This document shows positions 16,082 to 25,227 of a DNA stretch of 32,000 nucleotides, in pieces (the first letter of the stretch is position 1; each line of letters opens with the position of its first letter). Under the pieces are notes generated by a model. The model worked only from the letters and a program-made list of their open reading frames with translations, was not told the origin of the DNA and made no database searches. The DNA is from Thermosynechococcaceae cyanobacterium MS004 (lineage in GTDB: Bacteria > Cyanobacteriota > Cyanobacteriia > Thermosynechococcales > Thermosynechococcaceae). The stretch is from positions 1-32,000 of the forward strand of contig JAKRSB010000113.1 of NCBI GenBank assembly GCA_022402525.1. The letters run 5' to 3'. Position numbers and translations under genes: made by a program.

Positions 16082-17005
16082 TTATTCGGGAATGTCTTCA
16101 GGAGCAATTGTAATTAGCATTTCTTTGCTAACTTTAGAGAGTTTAGACAACCTGTTTGCCTGTTTCTCAACAGTTTTGTCAAAAATATTTCTAACTAGCC
16201 TACCATTCCCAAATCTGCTATCTCGATTTTCGTACAAAAGCGTCATTTTTTTGAGTAAGACATCTCTAGATTGCTCAGCCAAACTCAAATAACTTTGCTC
16301 ACAAATTTTATCAAAAATCATCAATAATTCATCAGGATTATAGTCTTGAAAATTAAAGTATCGATTAAAACGTGATTGCAAACCAGGGTTGGCATTGATG
16401 AAACGTGACATTTCTTCAGTATAGCCAGCAACGATGACCACTAACTTGTCTTTGTAGTCTTCCATTCTTTTAAGCAAAGTATCAATTGCTTCCTGTCCGA
16501 AATCTTTGGAAGCAGAAGTTTCGGATGCCAATGTGTAAGCTTCATCAATAAACAGGACACCATCTAAAGCTGACTCAACTACCTTATCTACCTTAATTGC
16601 TGTTTGACCAATGTAGCCTGCAACCAAGCCTGACCGATCTGTTTCAACAACATGTCCTTTTGAAAGTACACCCAACTGTTTGTATATTTCACCCATTAAA
16701 CGAGCAATTGTCGTCTTACCCGTACCAGGTGGCCCACAGAAAACGGAGTGCAAAGTAACAGAAACACTTGGCAAATTCTCTAATTCTCTCATTTTCTGAA
16801 TCTTCAAAAAGTTAATGAGAGTGTGAATGTCATCCTTCACATCCTGCATTCCTACTAAGTGGCTGAGCTTATCGGAAATATCGGCTAAATCATTAGATGA
16901 GCTATCAAGGCTACCTGGCATTTTGCTTCCAGAGCGCTTTAGCTCATCTTTCATTCGTTGTAATTCAGCTTCAATTCTATAGCTATGCCAGGAGTTATTT
17001 AGCAT
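16082..17005 (-). CDS. AAA+ ATPase, SpoVK/CbbX/EccA-type, with short N-terminal coiled coil
   Basis: LVGMQDVKDDI...LHSVFCGPPGTGKTTIARLMGEIYKQLGVL (Walker A), GVLFIDEAYTL (Walker B), VIVAGY...NPGLQSRFNRYFNFQDY (sensor / Arg finger region). Confidence 0.9.
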   Translation of the reverse strand: MLNNSWHSYRIEAELQRMKDELKRSGSKMPGSLDSSSNDLADISDKLSHLVGMQDVKDDIHTLINFLKIQKMRELENLPSVSVTLHSVFCGPPGTGKTTIARLMGEIYKQLGVLSKGHVVETDRSGLVAGYIGQTAIKVDKVVESALDGVLFIDEAYTLASETSASKDFGQEAIDTLLKRMEDYKDKLVVIVAGYTEEMSRFINANPGLQSRFNRYFNFQDYNPDELLMIFDKICEQSYLSLAEQSRDVLLKKMTLLYENRDSRFGNGRLVRNIFDKTVEKQANRLSKLSKVSKEMLITIAPEDIPE

Positions 17006-17554
17006 GTTTTTTCTTTGATTACTGATAACTGCAATTCATAGAATGCTTTTTTTGAGCAAAGATGCCAGTCCACTAATGTTATCGTTTTTTTGTAAGCGAA
17101 ATTTAATCAACATCTAGTGATCTTTTCTAAGATTCTTCTGATATCTAGTTATATGTAGAATTCAAAATGGATTCCATGTTATTTTAATAATTGTTCATAG
17201 CACTATGAGTATATAAAATTTCACATTATACTAATCTTTTGCTTTTAAGAGGTATGTCTTAAAAGCTTAAAGATAGAAGCCTTACTTATCAACTTTCATC
17301 GTTTCTGCACGTCAGTATTTTTGAACTTTTTCTTTATCAGAATGAAATGATCTTAGGCTGCACAATATCATTCTAACTGACAAAAATTGGATCTTATCCT
17401 TGCAATACAGCAGTTTGCTGTGATGAGCGGGCAGTCTAATGAGTTCTAGATTTCAGGAGCGTTTAGGAAAAAAAGATTTTGTGAATTTAGACGTCCTTAA
17501 ATACTGCCGCTCTAGAGCCGCGCCCAAAGACAATCTGGGATGTGTTGGGTGAAT

Positions 17555-18853
17555 TTAATCTAATTCTTCTGGTTGCAGAGGCAGGATTGTGACCTGTACC
17601 CGTTGTCCATCGGGCAAAACCGTTAGCTCGACACCCTCAATTTCAAGGCGATCGCCGGATTCTGGCACTTTCTCTAGCTCGTCTAGAAATAGACCAGAGA
17701 GGGTCGCTGCATCTTCGCGGGGGAGGCGCACATGCATTTCGTTATTGACGGTAGACAGACTAGCGCGGATTTTGAAAATGCCGCTATGCTCATCCACGCG
17801 CTGAAACTCACGCTCTTCCTCAGCATCGTACTCATCGCGGATTTCGCCCACAATTTCTTCCAGCACGTCTTCCAGAGTAACGAGGCCAGCAGTCCCCCCA
17901 AACTCATCGGTCACAATCATCAAGTGCTGCCGATTTTGCTTCATGTCGCGCAGGAGGTCAGCCACAGGCTTGGTCTCTGGCACAAACCGCACGGGGCGCA
18001 CCAGTTCGCGGATTGTGACGGGGGTTGGGTCGTCAGCAGCCTCAGCCCGGATCAGGTCTTTGACATGGAGAATGCCCACCATATGGTCTAGGTCGCCTTC
18101 GCAGACCGGAAAGCGCGTGTGCGAGGTTTCACCCGTAATGCGATAGGCTTCTTCGATAGTGGTGGAAGTTTTGAGGTGCTGCATCTGGACGCGGGGCACC
18201 ATAATGGCGCGGACGGTGAGGTTGCCAAGCTCGACGGCACCATCAATGATGCGCTGCTCCTGTACGCCAACGGTGCCGCCCAGGCGCGCCGCATTCACGA
18301 GGGCGCGAATTTCTTCCACATGGATGGTGGTGTTTTCCGCTTCGGCAGAGCCGCCCAAGAGCCTCAGAATAGTTGTAGTCACAAAGCTCAAGAAGGTGAC
18401 GACAGGAGAAGTGAGCCGCTGTAGCCACAAAATGGGCATCACGGAGGCCAAGGCGATGGTCTCGGCTTTCCCCAAGGCAAGCCGCTTGGGAACCAGTTCT
18501 CCAAAAATCAGGCTGATAAAAGCGATCGCGATAGTAACGAGAATAAAGCCCACGGTTCCTGCTGCACTGCCCAGGAAGGGCTGGAGTAACTTCACCACGG
18601 GGGCAGCCAATTTTGAGGCAGCCGTGGCGGAGGTAAAGAAGCCAGCCAGGGTGATGCCCACCTGAATCGTCGCGAGGAATTGTGTACTGTCTTGGCTAAT
18701 TTTCTCGATTTGGCGGGCACGGCGATCGCCTTGCTCAGCCAGGGTGCGCAGTTTAGTTTCGCTGGCCGTGACCACCGAAATTTCGGCTGCGGCAAAAAAG
18801 GCGTTGACCAAAATCAAGAGGACGATCGTAAACAGCTCAACAGTAATATTCAT
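17555..18853 (-). CDS. CNNM/DUF21-CBS-CorC_HlyC family transporter (hemolysin-like TlyC family)
   Basis: N-terminal 4-TM DUF21 domain, a CBS pair (VRAIMVPRVQM...VGILHVKDL), and a C-terminal CorC/HlyC transporter-associated domain. Confidence 0.9.
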   Translation of the reverse strand: MNITVELFTIVLLILVNAFFAAAEISVVTASETKLRTLAEQGDRRARQIEKISQDSTQFLATIQVGITLAGFFTSATAASKLAAPVVKLLQPFLGSAAGTVGFILVTIAIAFISLIFGELVPKRLALGKAETIALASVMPILWLQRLTSPVVTFLSFVTTTILRLLGGSAEAENTTIHVEEIRALVNAARLGGTVGVQEQRIIDGAVELGNLTVRAIMVPRVQMQHLKTSTTIEEAYRITGETSHTRFPVCEGDLDHMVGILHVKDLIRAEAADDPTPVTIRELVRPVRFVPETKPVADLLRDMKQNRQHLMIVTDEFGGTAGLVTLEDVLEEIVGEIRDEYDAEEEREFQRVDEHSGIFKIRASLSTVNNEMHVRLPREDAATLSGLFLDELEKVPESGDRLEIEGVELTVLPDGQRVQVTILPLQPEELD

Positions 18854-19074
18854 AGAGGATTGATATTCATAGCGACTTGATGTTGGTAGAGGCTTTATAA
18901 ACGCCTCGGCAATCCCTAAAGCTCAAAGGATGAACTTAGAACGCTTTTTGGCAAAACAGCTTGAGAACTGGATAAAAAGGTGCGCTCAACGCCATGCATT
19001 GGACTCAAGATCTAGTGGATCGTCTCGTGATTCTCTCATGCGCCCATCTCATTCTCTAAAGATCCAGGGCTTAT

Positions 19075-19106
19075 AATTACAGCCATAGCTAATTACAGCC
19101 ATAGCT
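19075..19106. repeat. 16-bp tandem repeat x2 (AATTACAGCCATAGCT)
   Basis: Read directly. Confidence 0.9.
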
Positions 19107-19126
19107 ATCGCCACCGAACCGCAGGC

Positions 19127-19199
19127 ATTTCCCCAGATACATTTCCCCAGATACATTTCTCCAGATACATTTCCCCAAATACATTTCCCTAGATACATT
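19127..19199. repeat. 14-bp tandem repeat x5 (ATTTCCCCAGATAC) just upstream of pyrD
   Basis: Five consecutive copies with single-base variants (CTCC, CAAAT, CCTAG). The array ends 11 nt before the GTG at 19211. Confidence 0.95.
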
Positions 19200-19210
19200 G
19201 AGAGATAGGC

Positions 19211-20371
19211 GTGGACTTTTATCAGATCGGCATCCGTCCCCTAGTATTTCAAGGGCTAAAAGCTGACCCAGAGACCGTTCATTCCCAGTTCATGAAGACC
19301 TGCGCCTATCTGGATCGCACCTGCGATCGCCCTTGGAGTCAGTGGGTCCTAAACCAAGCCCATCAGTCCCTCGGCTATGCTGACGATGAGCGCCTCGCCC
19401 AGTCACTTTGGGGTCTTTCCTTTCCAAATCCGGTGGGATTGGCAGCAGGCTTTGATAAAGATGGGGTTGCCAGTAACGTCTGGCCAGCCTTTGGGTTTGG
19501 CTTTGCAGAGCTGGGCACCGTCACCGCCCACGCCCAGCCAGGAAACCCGCAGCCCAGACTGTTTCGCCTCCCCAAAGACCAGGCCGCCATCAACCGCATG
19601 GGGTTTAATAACCAGGGAGCCGCAGCAATGGCGCAGACGCTGCACCAGTCCCAGACGCGACGGGCCGCAGCCAATCTCCCGACCATTCCAATCGGCATTA
19701 ACTTAGGGAAGTCAAAAGTCACGCCCCTAGAGTCTGCCGCCGAAGACTACGGCCAAAGCTTCCGGCTCTTAAAAGACTACGGCGATTACGGCGTGGTCAA
19801 TGTAAGTTCCCCCAATACACCAGGGCTGCGATCGCTTCAGTCCGTGGAGCAGCTCGAGCTGATTCTAGACACCCTCCAGCCAGAGAATACGGCGCATCAG
19901 CCTATTTTTGTCAAAATTGCGCCGGATCTTGCCTGGGAAGACATTTCCGAAATTTTGGCGCTGGTGCAGTCCTACGGGCTGGGGGGCGTCATTGCTACCA
20001 ATACCACCATCAGCCGCGATGGACTCAAGACGGATGTGGTGCAGCGCACAGGGCGATCGCCAGTAGACGAGGCGGGGGGACTCAGCGGTGCGCCCTTAGG
20101 CACCCGCGCCACAGAGGTCATTCGCTTTATTCGTACCTCCACCCAAGGTCAGGTTCCCATTATTGGGGTGGGGGGAATTTTTACAGCCAGAGATGCATGG
20201 GAAAAGCTGGCGGCTGGCGCGAGTCTAGTGCAGGTCTATACGGGCTGGACCTATGAAGGGCCCTGGATGGTGCGCCGCATTTTGCAGGGGCTGGTGCAGG
20301 CACTCCAGATTTATGAACTTCGTCATATTAGTGAAGTTGTAGGCACGGATTTACCCTACCGCGATCGCTAG
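19211..20371 (+). CDS. pyrD: Dihydroorotate dehydrogenase (quinone), class 2
   Basis: [48 protein letters not shown] motifs in the canonical order. Confidence 0.9.
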   Translation: MDFYQIGIRPLVFQGLKADPETVHSQFMKTCAYLDRTCDRPWSQWVLNQAHQSLGYADDERLAQSLWGLSFPNPVGLAAGFDKDGVASNVWPAFGFGFAELGTVTAHAQPGNPQPRLFRLPKDQAAINRMGFNNQGAAAMAQTLHQSQTRRAAANLPTIPIGINLGKSKVTPLESAAEDYGQSFRLLKDYGDYGVVNVSSPNTPGLRSLQSVEQLELILDTLQPENTAHQPIFVKIAPDLAWEDISEILALVQSYGLGGVIATNTTISRDGLKTDVVQRTGRSPVDEAGGLSGAPLGTRATEVIRFIRTSTQGQVPIIGVGGIFTARDAWEKLAAGASLVQVYTGWTYEGPWMVRRILQGLVQALQIYELRHISEVVGTDLPYRDR

Positions 20372-20497
20372 CACAATCTCGGCGGCAACCTAGTTAACAT
20401 AGAAAGAGTAAAGAATTGTAAGGCCAGCCCTGTTGGCCCATTCATGCGCATCTTTATTTAGGCTCATCTTCAGGATCATCATTGAAAGGTTGGTTTT

Positions 20498-21958
20498 GTG
20501 TCCCTTCATTTACCCCTCGTTGGAAAAGTGCGTCGTCCGGCCCCTTGGATTTGGGTTGTCGTGGGGCTGGGCATTGTCGGCATTGGCGCGGGAGCCTTTG
20601 TCTGGGCCAGAAACAGCGCCGCACCCTCTGACCTCGCAGACTATACCATTGACGTGACGCCAGAGGCATTAACCCTCCGCATCACGGCCAGCGGTACCGT
20701 TGTACCTGTCCAAAGCGTGAACCTTAGCCCCAAGACAGCAGGTGTCCTGCAAGAGCTATTTGTTGAGCAGGGCGATCGCGTCGTGCAGGGGCAGATCATC
20801 GCCCGCATGGATCAGCAAGACTTAAGGGGGCAGCTTCTCCAGGCTCAAGGCGGGGTAGAGCAAGCCGAGGCGCGGCTGAGGCAGCTCCAAAACGGCAGCC
20901 GCCCCGAAGAAATCGCCCAGGCCAAAGCGCGGCTAGATCAAACCCAAGCGCAGCTCAATACCGCCCAGTCTGGCAATCGCCTGCCCGAAATTGCCCAGGC
21001 CCAGGCCCAAGTGACCTCTGCTCAGGCGCGGCTGGATCTCGCTAACTCAAAGCTGACTCAGTATCGTCAGCTCAAAGAAGCAGGGGCGATCGCCCAAGAG
21101 CGCTTCAATGAAGTCGAAGCCGATGCCAAAACTGCCAATGCCAGCCTTGCCGAAGCGCGTCAGCGCCTAGCCTTGCTAGAGCAGGGCACCCGCACAGAAG
21201 AGATCCAGCGGGTGCAGGCCAGCGTCCGGGAGGCGGGCGCAGCCTATGCCTTGGTGCGGAATGGCACCCGTGCCGAAGAAATTGCCCAGGCCCAAGCTCA
21301 GCTCACCACCGCCATCGGGCAGCTTCAGGTGATTCAGGCAAGGCTCTCAGATACTGTTATTCGTGCACCCTTTGCGGGCGTGGTGACGCAAAAATACGCC
21401 ACCGAAGGTGCCTTTGTGACGCCGACCACTTCCGCATCCAGCACCACCTCGGCCACCTCCACCTCCATTGTGGCGATCGCCAAGGATCTAGAAGTTCTGG
21501 CCAAGGTGCCGGAAGTTGACATTGGCCAAATCCGTCCGGGGCAGTCCGTGGAGATTGCCGCAGATTCCTATCCCGGCCAGACCTTCAAAGGACGCGTGCG
21601 GCTCGTGTCCCCAGAAGCCGTCATTGAGCAGAGCGTGACCTCTTTTCAGGTGCGAGTCACGATGCTCACTGGACAGCGGCAGCTTTTGTCCGGCATGAAC
21701 TCCGACCTTACCTTTTTGGGAAAGACGGTGCAGAATGCCCTGGTGGTGCCCACCGTGGCGATCGCCACCCTCAAGGGGCAGACGGGGGTCTATGTTCCCG
21801 ATTCAGCCAATAAGCCGAAGTTCCAGTCCATCACCATTGGCTCAACCGTCCAGAATAAAACCCAGGTGGTGGAGGGGCTAAACGCAGGGCAGAAGGTGTT
21901 TATTGATTTCCCCAAAAACCTCAAGCCCAAAGAATTAGAAGACCCCAGCGCTTCTTAG
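20498..21958 (+). CDS. Membrane-fusion/periplasmic adaptor protein, DevB/HlyD/MacA-like
   Basis: N-terminal TM helix. The coiled-coil region has four GxRxEEIAQAxAxL-type repeats (RPEEIAQAKARL, LPEIAQAQAQV, RTEEIQRVQASV, RAEEIAQAQAQL). The C-terminus has beta-barrel segments. Confidence 0.85.
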   Translation: MSLHLPLVGKVRRPAPWIWVVVGLGIVGIGAGAFVWARNSAAPSDLADYTIDVTPEALTLRITASGTVVPVQSVNLSPKTAGVLQELFVEQGDRVVQGQIIARMDQQDLRGQLLQAQGGVEQAEARLRQLQNGSRPEEIAQAKARLDQTQAQLNTAQSGNRLPEIAQAQAQVTSAQARLDLANSKLTQYRQLKEAGAIAQERFNEVEADAKTANASLAEARQRLALLEQGTRTEEIQRVQASVREAGAAYALVRNGTRAEEIAQAQAQLTTAIGQLQVIQARLSDTVIRAPFAGVVTQKYATEGAFVTPTTSASSTTSATSTSIVAIAKDLEVLAKVPEVDIGQIRPGQSVEIAADSYPGQTFKGRVRLVSPEAVIEQSVTSFQVRVTMLTGQRQLLSGMNSDLTFLGKTVQNALVVPTVAIATLKGQTGVYVPDSANKPKFQSITIGSTVQNKTQVVEGLNAGQKVFIDFPKNLKPKELEDPSAS

Positions 21959-22097
21959 GAGCGACTGAGGCTTTCAAGAAAGTCTTGGCGCAGTTCTGGA
22001 TGCCTTTCTTGGATACCGTCTTGGATACCGTTTGGGATATGGTTCGGGGTTAAGTTCGGGGCGGCAACCTATAGCAGTTCAACCACTAGGCTCAATC

Positions 22098-23315
22098 ATG
22101 GATTTTGTTGAAAGTATCAAAATGGCCACCACCACGCTCACAGCCAATCGGCTGCGGAGTGTGCTAACGATGCTGGGGATGATCATTGGTAACGCCTCGG
22201 TGGTGGCGATGATTGGCATTGGGGAGGGTGCCCAGCGTTTTGCCTCGGCTCAGTTTGAGTCCTTAGGCCCCAACGTTTTGTTTATTACCGCTGGCAATGA
22301 TCGTGCCCGCAACCGCACCAATGTCCTGCCCAAAACCCTGGTCTTACAAGATGCTGAGGCGATCGCCAGTCAGGTGCCGACGGTTGCCCATGTTGCGCCC
22401 CAACTCCAGAACCAGGTGCCCGTCGTCTATCGGAATCAAAATAAGCCAACCCTTGTGATTGGCACCACGGAGCTATTTCCCATTGTGCGCGACTACGACG
22501 TGGCGCAGGGGCGATTCATTACAGCCCAGGATGTGCAGCGCGGGAATTCCGTTGCCGTGGTGGGGTCTGACCTGGCAACCAACCTGTTTGGCACGACTAA
22601 CCCCATTGGCCAGCAGCTTCGGATTAAAAATATTACCTTTCGCGTGGTTGGCCTTTTAAAGCCCAAAGGCGCTTTTCTGGGAAACAACCAGGACGACGTT
22701 ATTTTTGTGCCCATTTCAACCATGGCAGACCGCATTATTGGCCGCACCTCGCCCTTTGGCACCGAAGTCACCTTTATTTCCGTCTCTGCCCAAGACGAAT
22801 CTAAGATGGCGGCGGCCAAAACCCAAATCACCAACCTGCTGCGCCTCCGTCACAAGATCGTCGCAGAAGACGATTTTACCGTGCGCTCCCAGGATGAAGC
22901 GCTGAATATTATTGGTGCCGTGACGGGTGCCCTCACCATCATGCTGGTGGCGATCGCCGGAATTTCGCTGATTGTGGGCGGCATTGGCATCATGAATATC
23001 ATGCTGGTCTCCGTCACCGAGCGCACCCAGGAAATTGGCCTCCGCAAAGCCATCGGCGCAACCCAGTCCGATATTTTGGTGCAGTTTTTAATTGAGTCTA
23101 TTATTTTGTCCGCCGCTGGCGGCATCCTTGGGATTGTTATTGGGGCAGGCACCGTGTTTCTGGTGGGTGCATTAACCCCCCTGCAAACTAGCGTTTCGGT
23201 TCCGGCGATCGCCCTTGCGTTTTCAGTCTCCGGGGGAATTGGCGTCTTTTTTGGCGTTGTGCCAGCACAGCGCGCCTCTCGCTTAGACCCCATCGTGGCG
23301 CTGAGGAGTGCCTAG
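22098..23315 (+). CDS. ABC exporter permease, MacB/DevC-like (MacB periplasmic core + FtsX domain)
   Basis: LTANRLRSVLTMLGMIIG N-terminal TM helix, a large periplasmic domain, and a C-terminal FtsX-type 3-TM region (ERTQEIGLRKAIGA). ATG at 22098 is preferred over the track's TTG at 22032. Confidence 0.85.
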   Translation: MDFVESIKMATTTLTANRLRSVLTMLGMIIGNASVVAMIGIGEGAQRFASAQFESLGPNVLFITAGNDRARNRTNVLPKTLVLQDAEAIASQVPTVAHVAPQLQNQVPVVYRNQNKPTLVIGTTELFPIVRDYDVAQGRFITAQDVQRGNSVAVVGSDLATNLFGTTNPIGQQLRIKNITFRVVGLLKPKGAFLGNNQDDVIFVPISTMADRIIGRTSPFGTEVTFISVSAQDESKMAAAKTQITNLLRLRHKIVAEDDFTVRSQDEALNIIGAVTGALTIMLVAIAGISLIVGGIGIMNIMLVSVTERTQEIGLRKAIGATQSDILVQFLIESIILSAAGGILGIVIGAGTVFLVGALTPLQTSVSVPAIALAFSVSGGIGVFFGVVPAQRASRLDPIVALRSA

Positions 23316-23355
23316 AATGCCAGGACCAGGGGTGCAGTAGGATCTTTTTCTTTTT

Positions 23356-24111
23356 ATGAACACCATGCTCTCAACATCGGCGGAATTCCAAGTCCCATCC
23401 GCTGCCACCATCATTCGCCTCGAAGGGATTGCAAAGCGCTACGGGGAGGGCGAGACGACCGTGGATGCGCTCAAGGGGGTCAATCTAACGGTTGAAGCGG
23501 GAGAATATTGCTCCATCATGGGGGCTTCCGGCTCCGGCAAGTCCACGATGATGAATATTATTGGCTGTCTCGACCGTCCGACCGCTGGCCGTTACTACCT
23601 AGATGGCGAAGCCGTCGACCAGATGGATGATGACCAGCTTGCCCATATTCGCAATCGTAAGATTGGGTTTGTGTTTCAGCAGTTTCACTTACTCTCCCAG
23701 GTCAGCGCTCTAGAAAACGTGATGCTGCCCATGGTCTACGCCAATGTTCCGGCAGCAGAACGTCGTGAACGGGCGATCGCCGCCCTAGAGCGGGTGGGGC
23801 TAGGTGCACGACTTCAGAATCGACCCAACCAGCTTTCTGGCGGTCAGCAGCAGCGGGTGGCGATCGCCAGGGCGATCGTGAATCAGCCCGTGATGCTATT
23901 GGCGGATGAGCCGACGGGAGCGCTGGACAGCAAAACCACTCAGGAGATTCTAGAAATTTTTGGTGCGCTCAATGAAGCCGGAATGACCGTGGTGATGGTG
24001 ACCCACGAAACCGAAGTGGCCCGCTGCACCCGTCGCGTGGTTTGGTTTAAAGATGGCCAGGTCGTTCATGCCAACCTCAACCCCGAAGACCTGTCCCAAG
24101 CTGCATTTTAG
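23356..24111 (+). CDS. ABC transporter ATP-binding protein, MacB/DevA/LolD-like
   Basis: Walker A GASGSGKST, Q-loop, signature LSGGQQQRVAIARA, Walker B MLLADEPTGALD, H-loop VTHE. Confidence 0.92.
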   Translation: MNTMLSTSAEFQVPSAATIIRLEGIAKRYGEGETTVDALKGVNLTVEAGEYCSIMGASGSGKSTMMNIIGCLDRPTAGRYYLDGEAVDQMDDDQLAHIRNRKIGFVFQQFHLLSQVSALENVMLPMVYANVPAAERRERAIAALERVGLGARLQNRPNQLSGGQQQRVAIARAIVNQPVMLLADEPTGALDSKTTQEILEIFGALNEAGMTVVMVTHETEVARCTRRVVWFKDGQVVHANLNPEDLSQAAF

Positions 24112-24121
24112 GTTGATTTTC

Positions 24122-25039
24122 ATGAAATTCTGGGTTGTTTTCACGGGCTTATTTTTCACGGGCTTATATTTATTGCTGGCGCGACCTGCCGCCATGCCTG
24201 CGATCGCCACACCGCCGCCCATCACTCAAAAGCGTCCCGATGTCTTGCGGAAAATCCTGCGGGCTCCCATTGTGTATCTAGGCGAAACCCACGATCATCC
24301 GCCAGACCACGACGCACAGCTCGATATTATTCAGCGCATCCACGCCCGCCAGCCCAACCTGGCGATCGCCCTGGAAATGTTCCAGAAACCCTTCCAAGCA
24401 AGCCTTGACCAATACCTTAAAGGCACCCTCACCGAAGCTGAACTGCTGGCTCAAACTGAATATAAAAAGCGCTGGGGCTTTAGCTGGGATTTTTACGCCC
24501 CCATTTTGCGGTTTGCCAAGGCCAACCAAATCCCCGTTCTGGCCATCAATACCCCCAGTGAAGTCACCCGCAAGGTCGCCAGAACTGGCCTGGAAAGCCT
24601 CGCGCCAGAAGACCTAAAATGGATTCCGCCATTGGCTGAAATTGAAACCACCAACGAGCAGTACCGCCAGCGTCTCCTGGAAATTTATCAGTCCTCCCAT
24701 CAAGGCCACGGCAACAGCGCCGGATTTGATCGGTTCTTCCAGGCTCAAGTCCTCTGGGATGAAACTATGGCCGATGCGATCGCCCAGTATTGGCGTAAGC
24801 ACCCAGACCGTAAAGTGGTCGTCCTCGTCGGTCAGGGACATTTGCTTTACGGCGACGGTATTCCGAGCCGTGTTAAGCGCCGCCTGCATCAACTCCCCAA
24901 CTGGCAGCAGCACTCCGTCCTCATCAACCCCTCCGCAGAACACCAGATCCCGCCAACCTCCAAGTCATCTTCCAATCCATCCTCCAGTCCAAACCGTGCG
25001 ATCGCGGATTCCTTCTGGTTTAGCTCAAGTCAGCCCTAG
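24122..25039 (+). CDS. ChaN-family (Cofac_haem_bdg/DUF399) protein with N-terminal signal/TM segment
   Basis: VYLGETHDHPPDHDAQLDII...IALEMF...RWGFSWDFYAPILRFAKANQIPVLAINTP is characteristic of ChaN/Tiki-like proteins. ATG at 24122 avoids the overlap created by the track's 24053 start. Confidence 0.78.
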   Translation: MKFWVVFTGLFFTGLYLLLARPAAMPAIATPPPITQKRPDVLRKILRAPIVYLGETHDHPPDHDAQLDIIQRIHARQPNLAIALEMFQKPFQASLDQYLKGTLTEAELLAQTEYKKRWGFSWDFYAPILRFAKANQIPVLAINTPSEVTRKVARTGLESLAPEDLKWIPPLAEIETTNEQYRQRLLEIYQSSHQGHGNSAGFDRFFQAQVLWDETMADAIAQYWRKHPDRKVVVLVGQGHLLYGDGIPSRVKRRLHQLPNWQQHSVLINPSAEHQIPPTSKSSSNPSSSPNRAIADSFWFSSSQP

Positions 25040-25041
25040 CC

Positions 25042-25100
25042 AATCTCTATCTCACTGAATCTCTGCATCTCACTGAATCTCTATATCTCACTGAGTCTAC
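25042..25100. repeat. 18-bp tandem repeat x3 (ATCTCACTGAATCTCTnn)
   Basis: Read directly, immediately downstream of the ChaN stop. Confidence 0.9.
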
Positions 25101-25227
25101 GCCAAACCAGTCTCGTCACAGTAGTTGATAAAGTAGAGGCACAACCGAGACACAACCGAGGCACACTAAGGAATAGACAAGCGCCTTACTGGGGTAGCAT
25201 CCATCCAACCTCGTCCATAAAACCTCC

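Noticed and set aside
17589-18880. A cluster of 60-170-aa ORFs on both strands inside the CNNM/CorC gene region.
   Set aside because: These are shadow ORFs in a GC-rich coding region. The 432-aa minus-strand ORF has a full DUF21-CBS-CorC architecture and explains the region.
19375-19722. Alternative-frame and antisense ORFs within pyrD. Similar ones occur within the permease (22459-23293), ChaN (24278-25058), petA (27701-28180) and the HEAT-repeat gene (31701-31988).
   Set aside because: All are nested in strongly supported genes, are Arg/Pro/Ser/Ala-rich as expected for off-frame GC-rich translation, and have no motifs.
22032-22097. Upstream TTG start for the ABC permease, and the 24053 start for ChaN that overlaps the ATPase gene by 59 nt.
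   Set aside because: Internal ATGs (22098 and 24122) begin right at the conserved N-terminal TM/signal segments and remove the unlikely extension or overlap.
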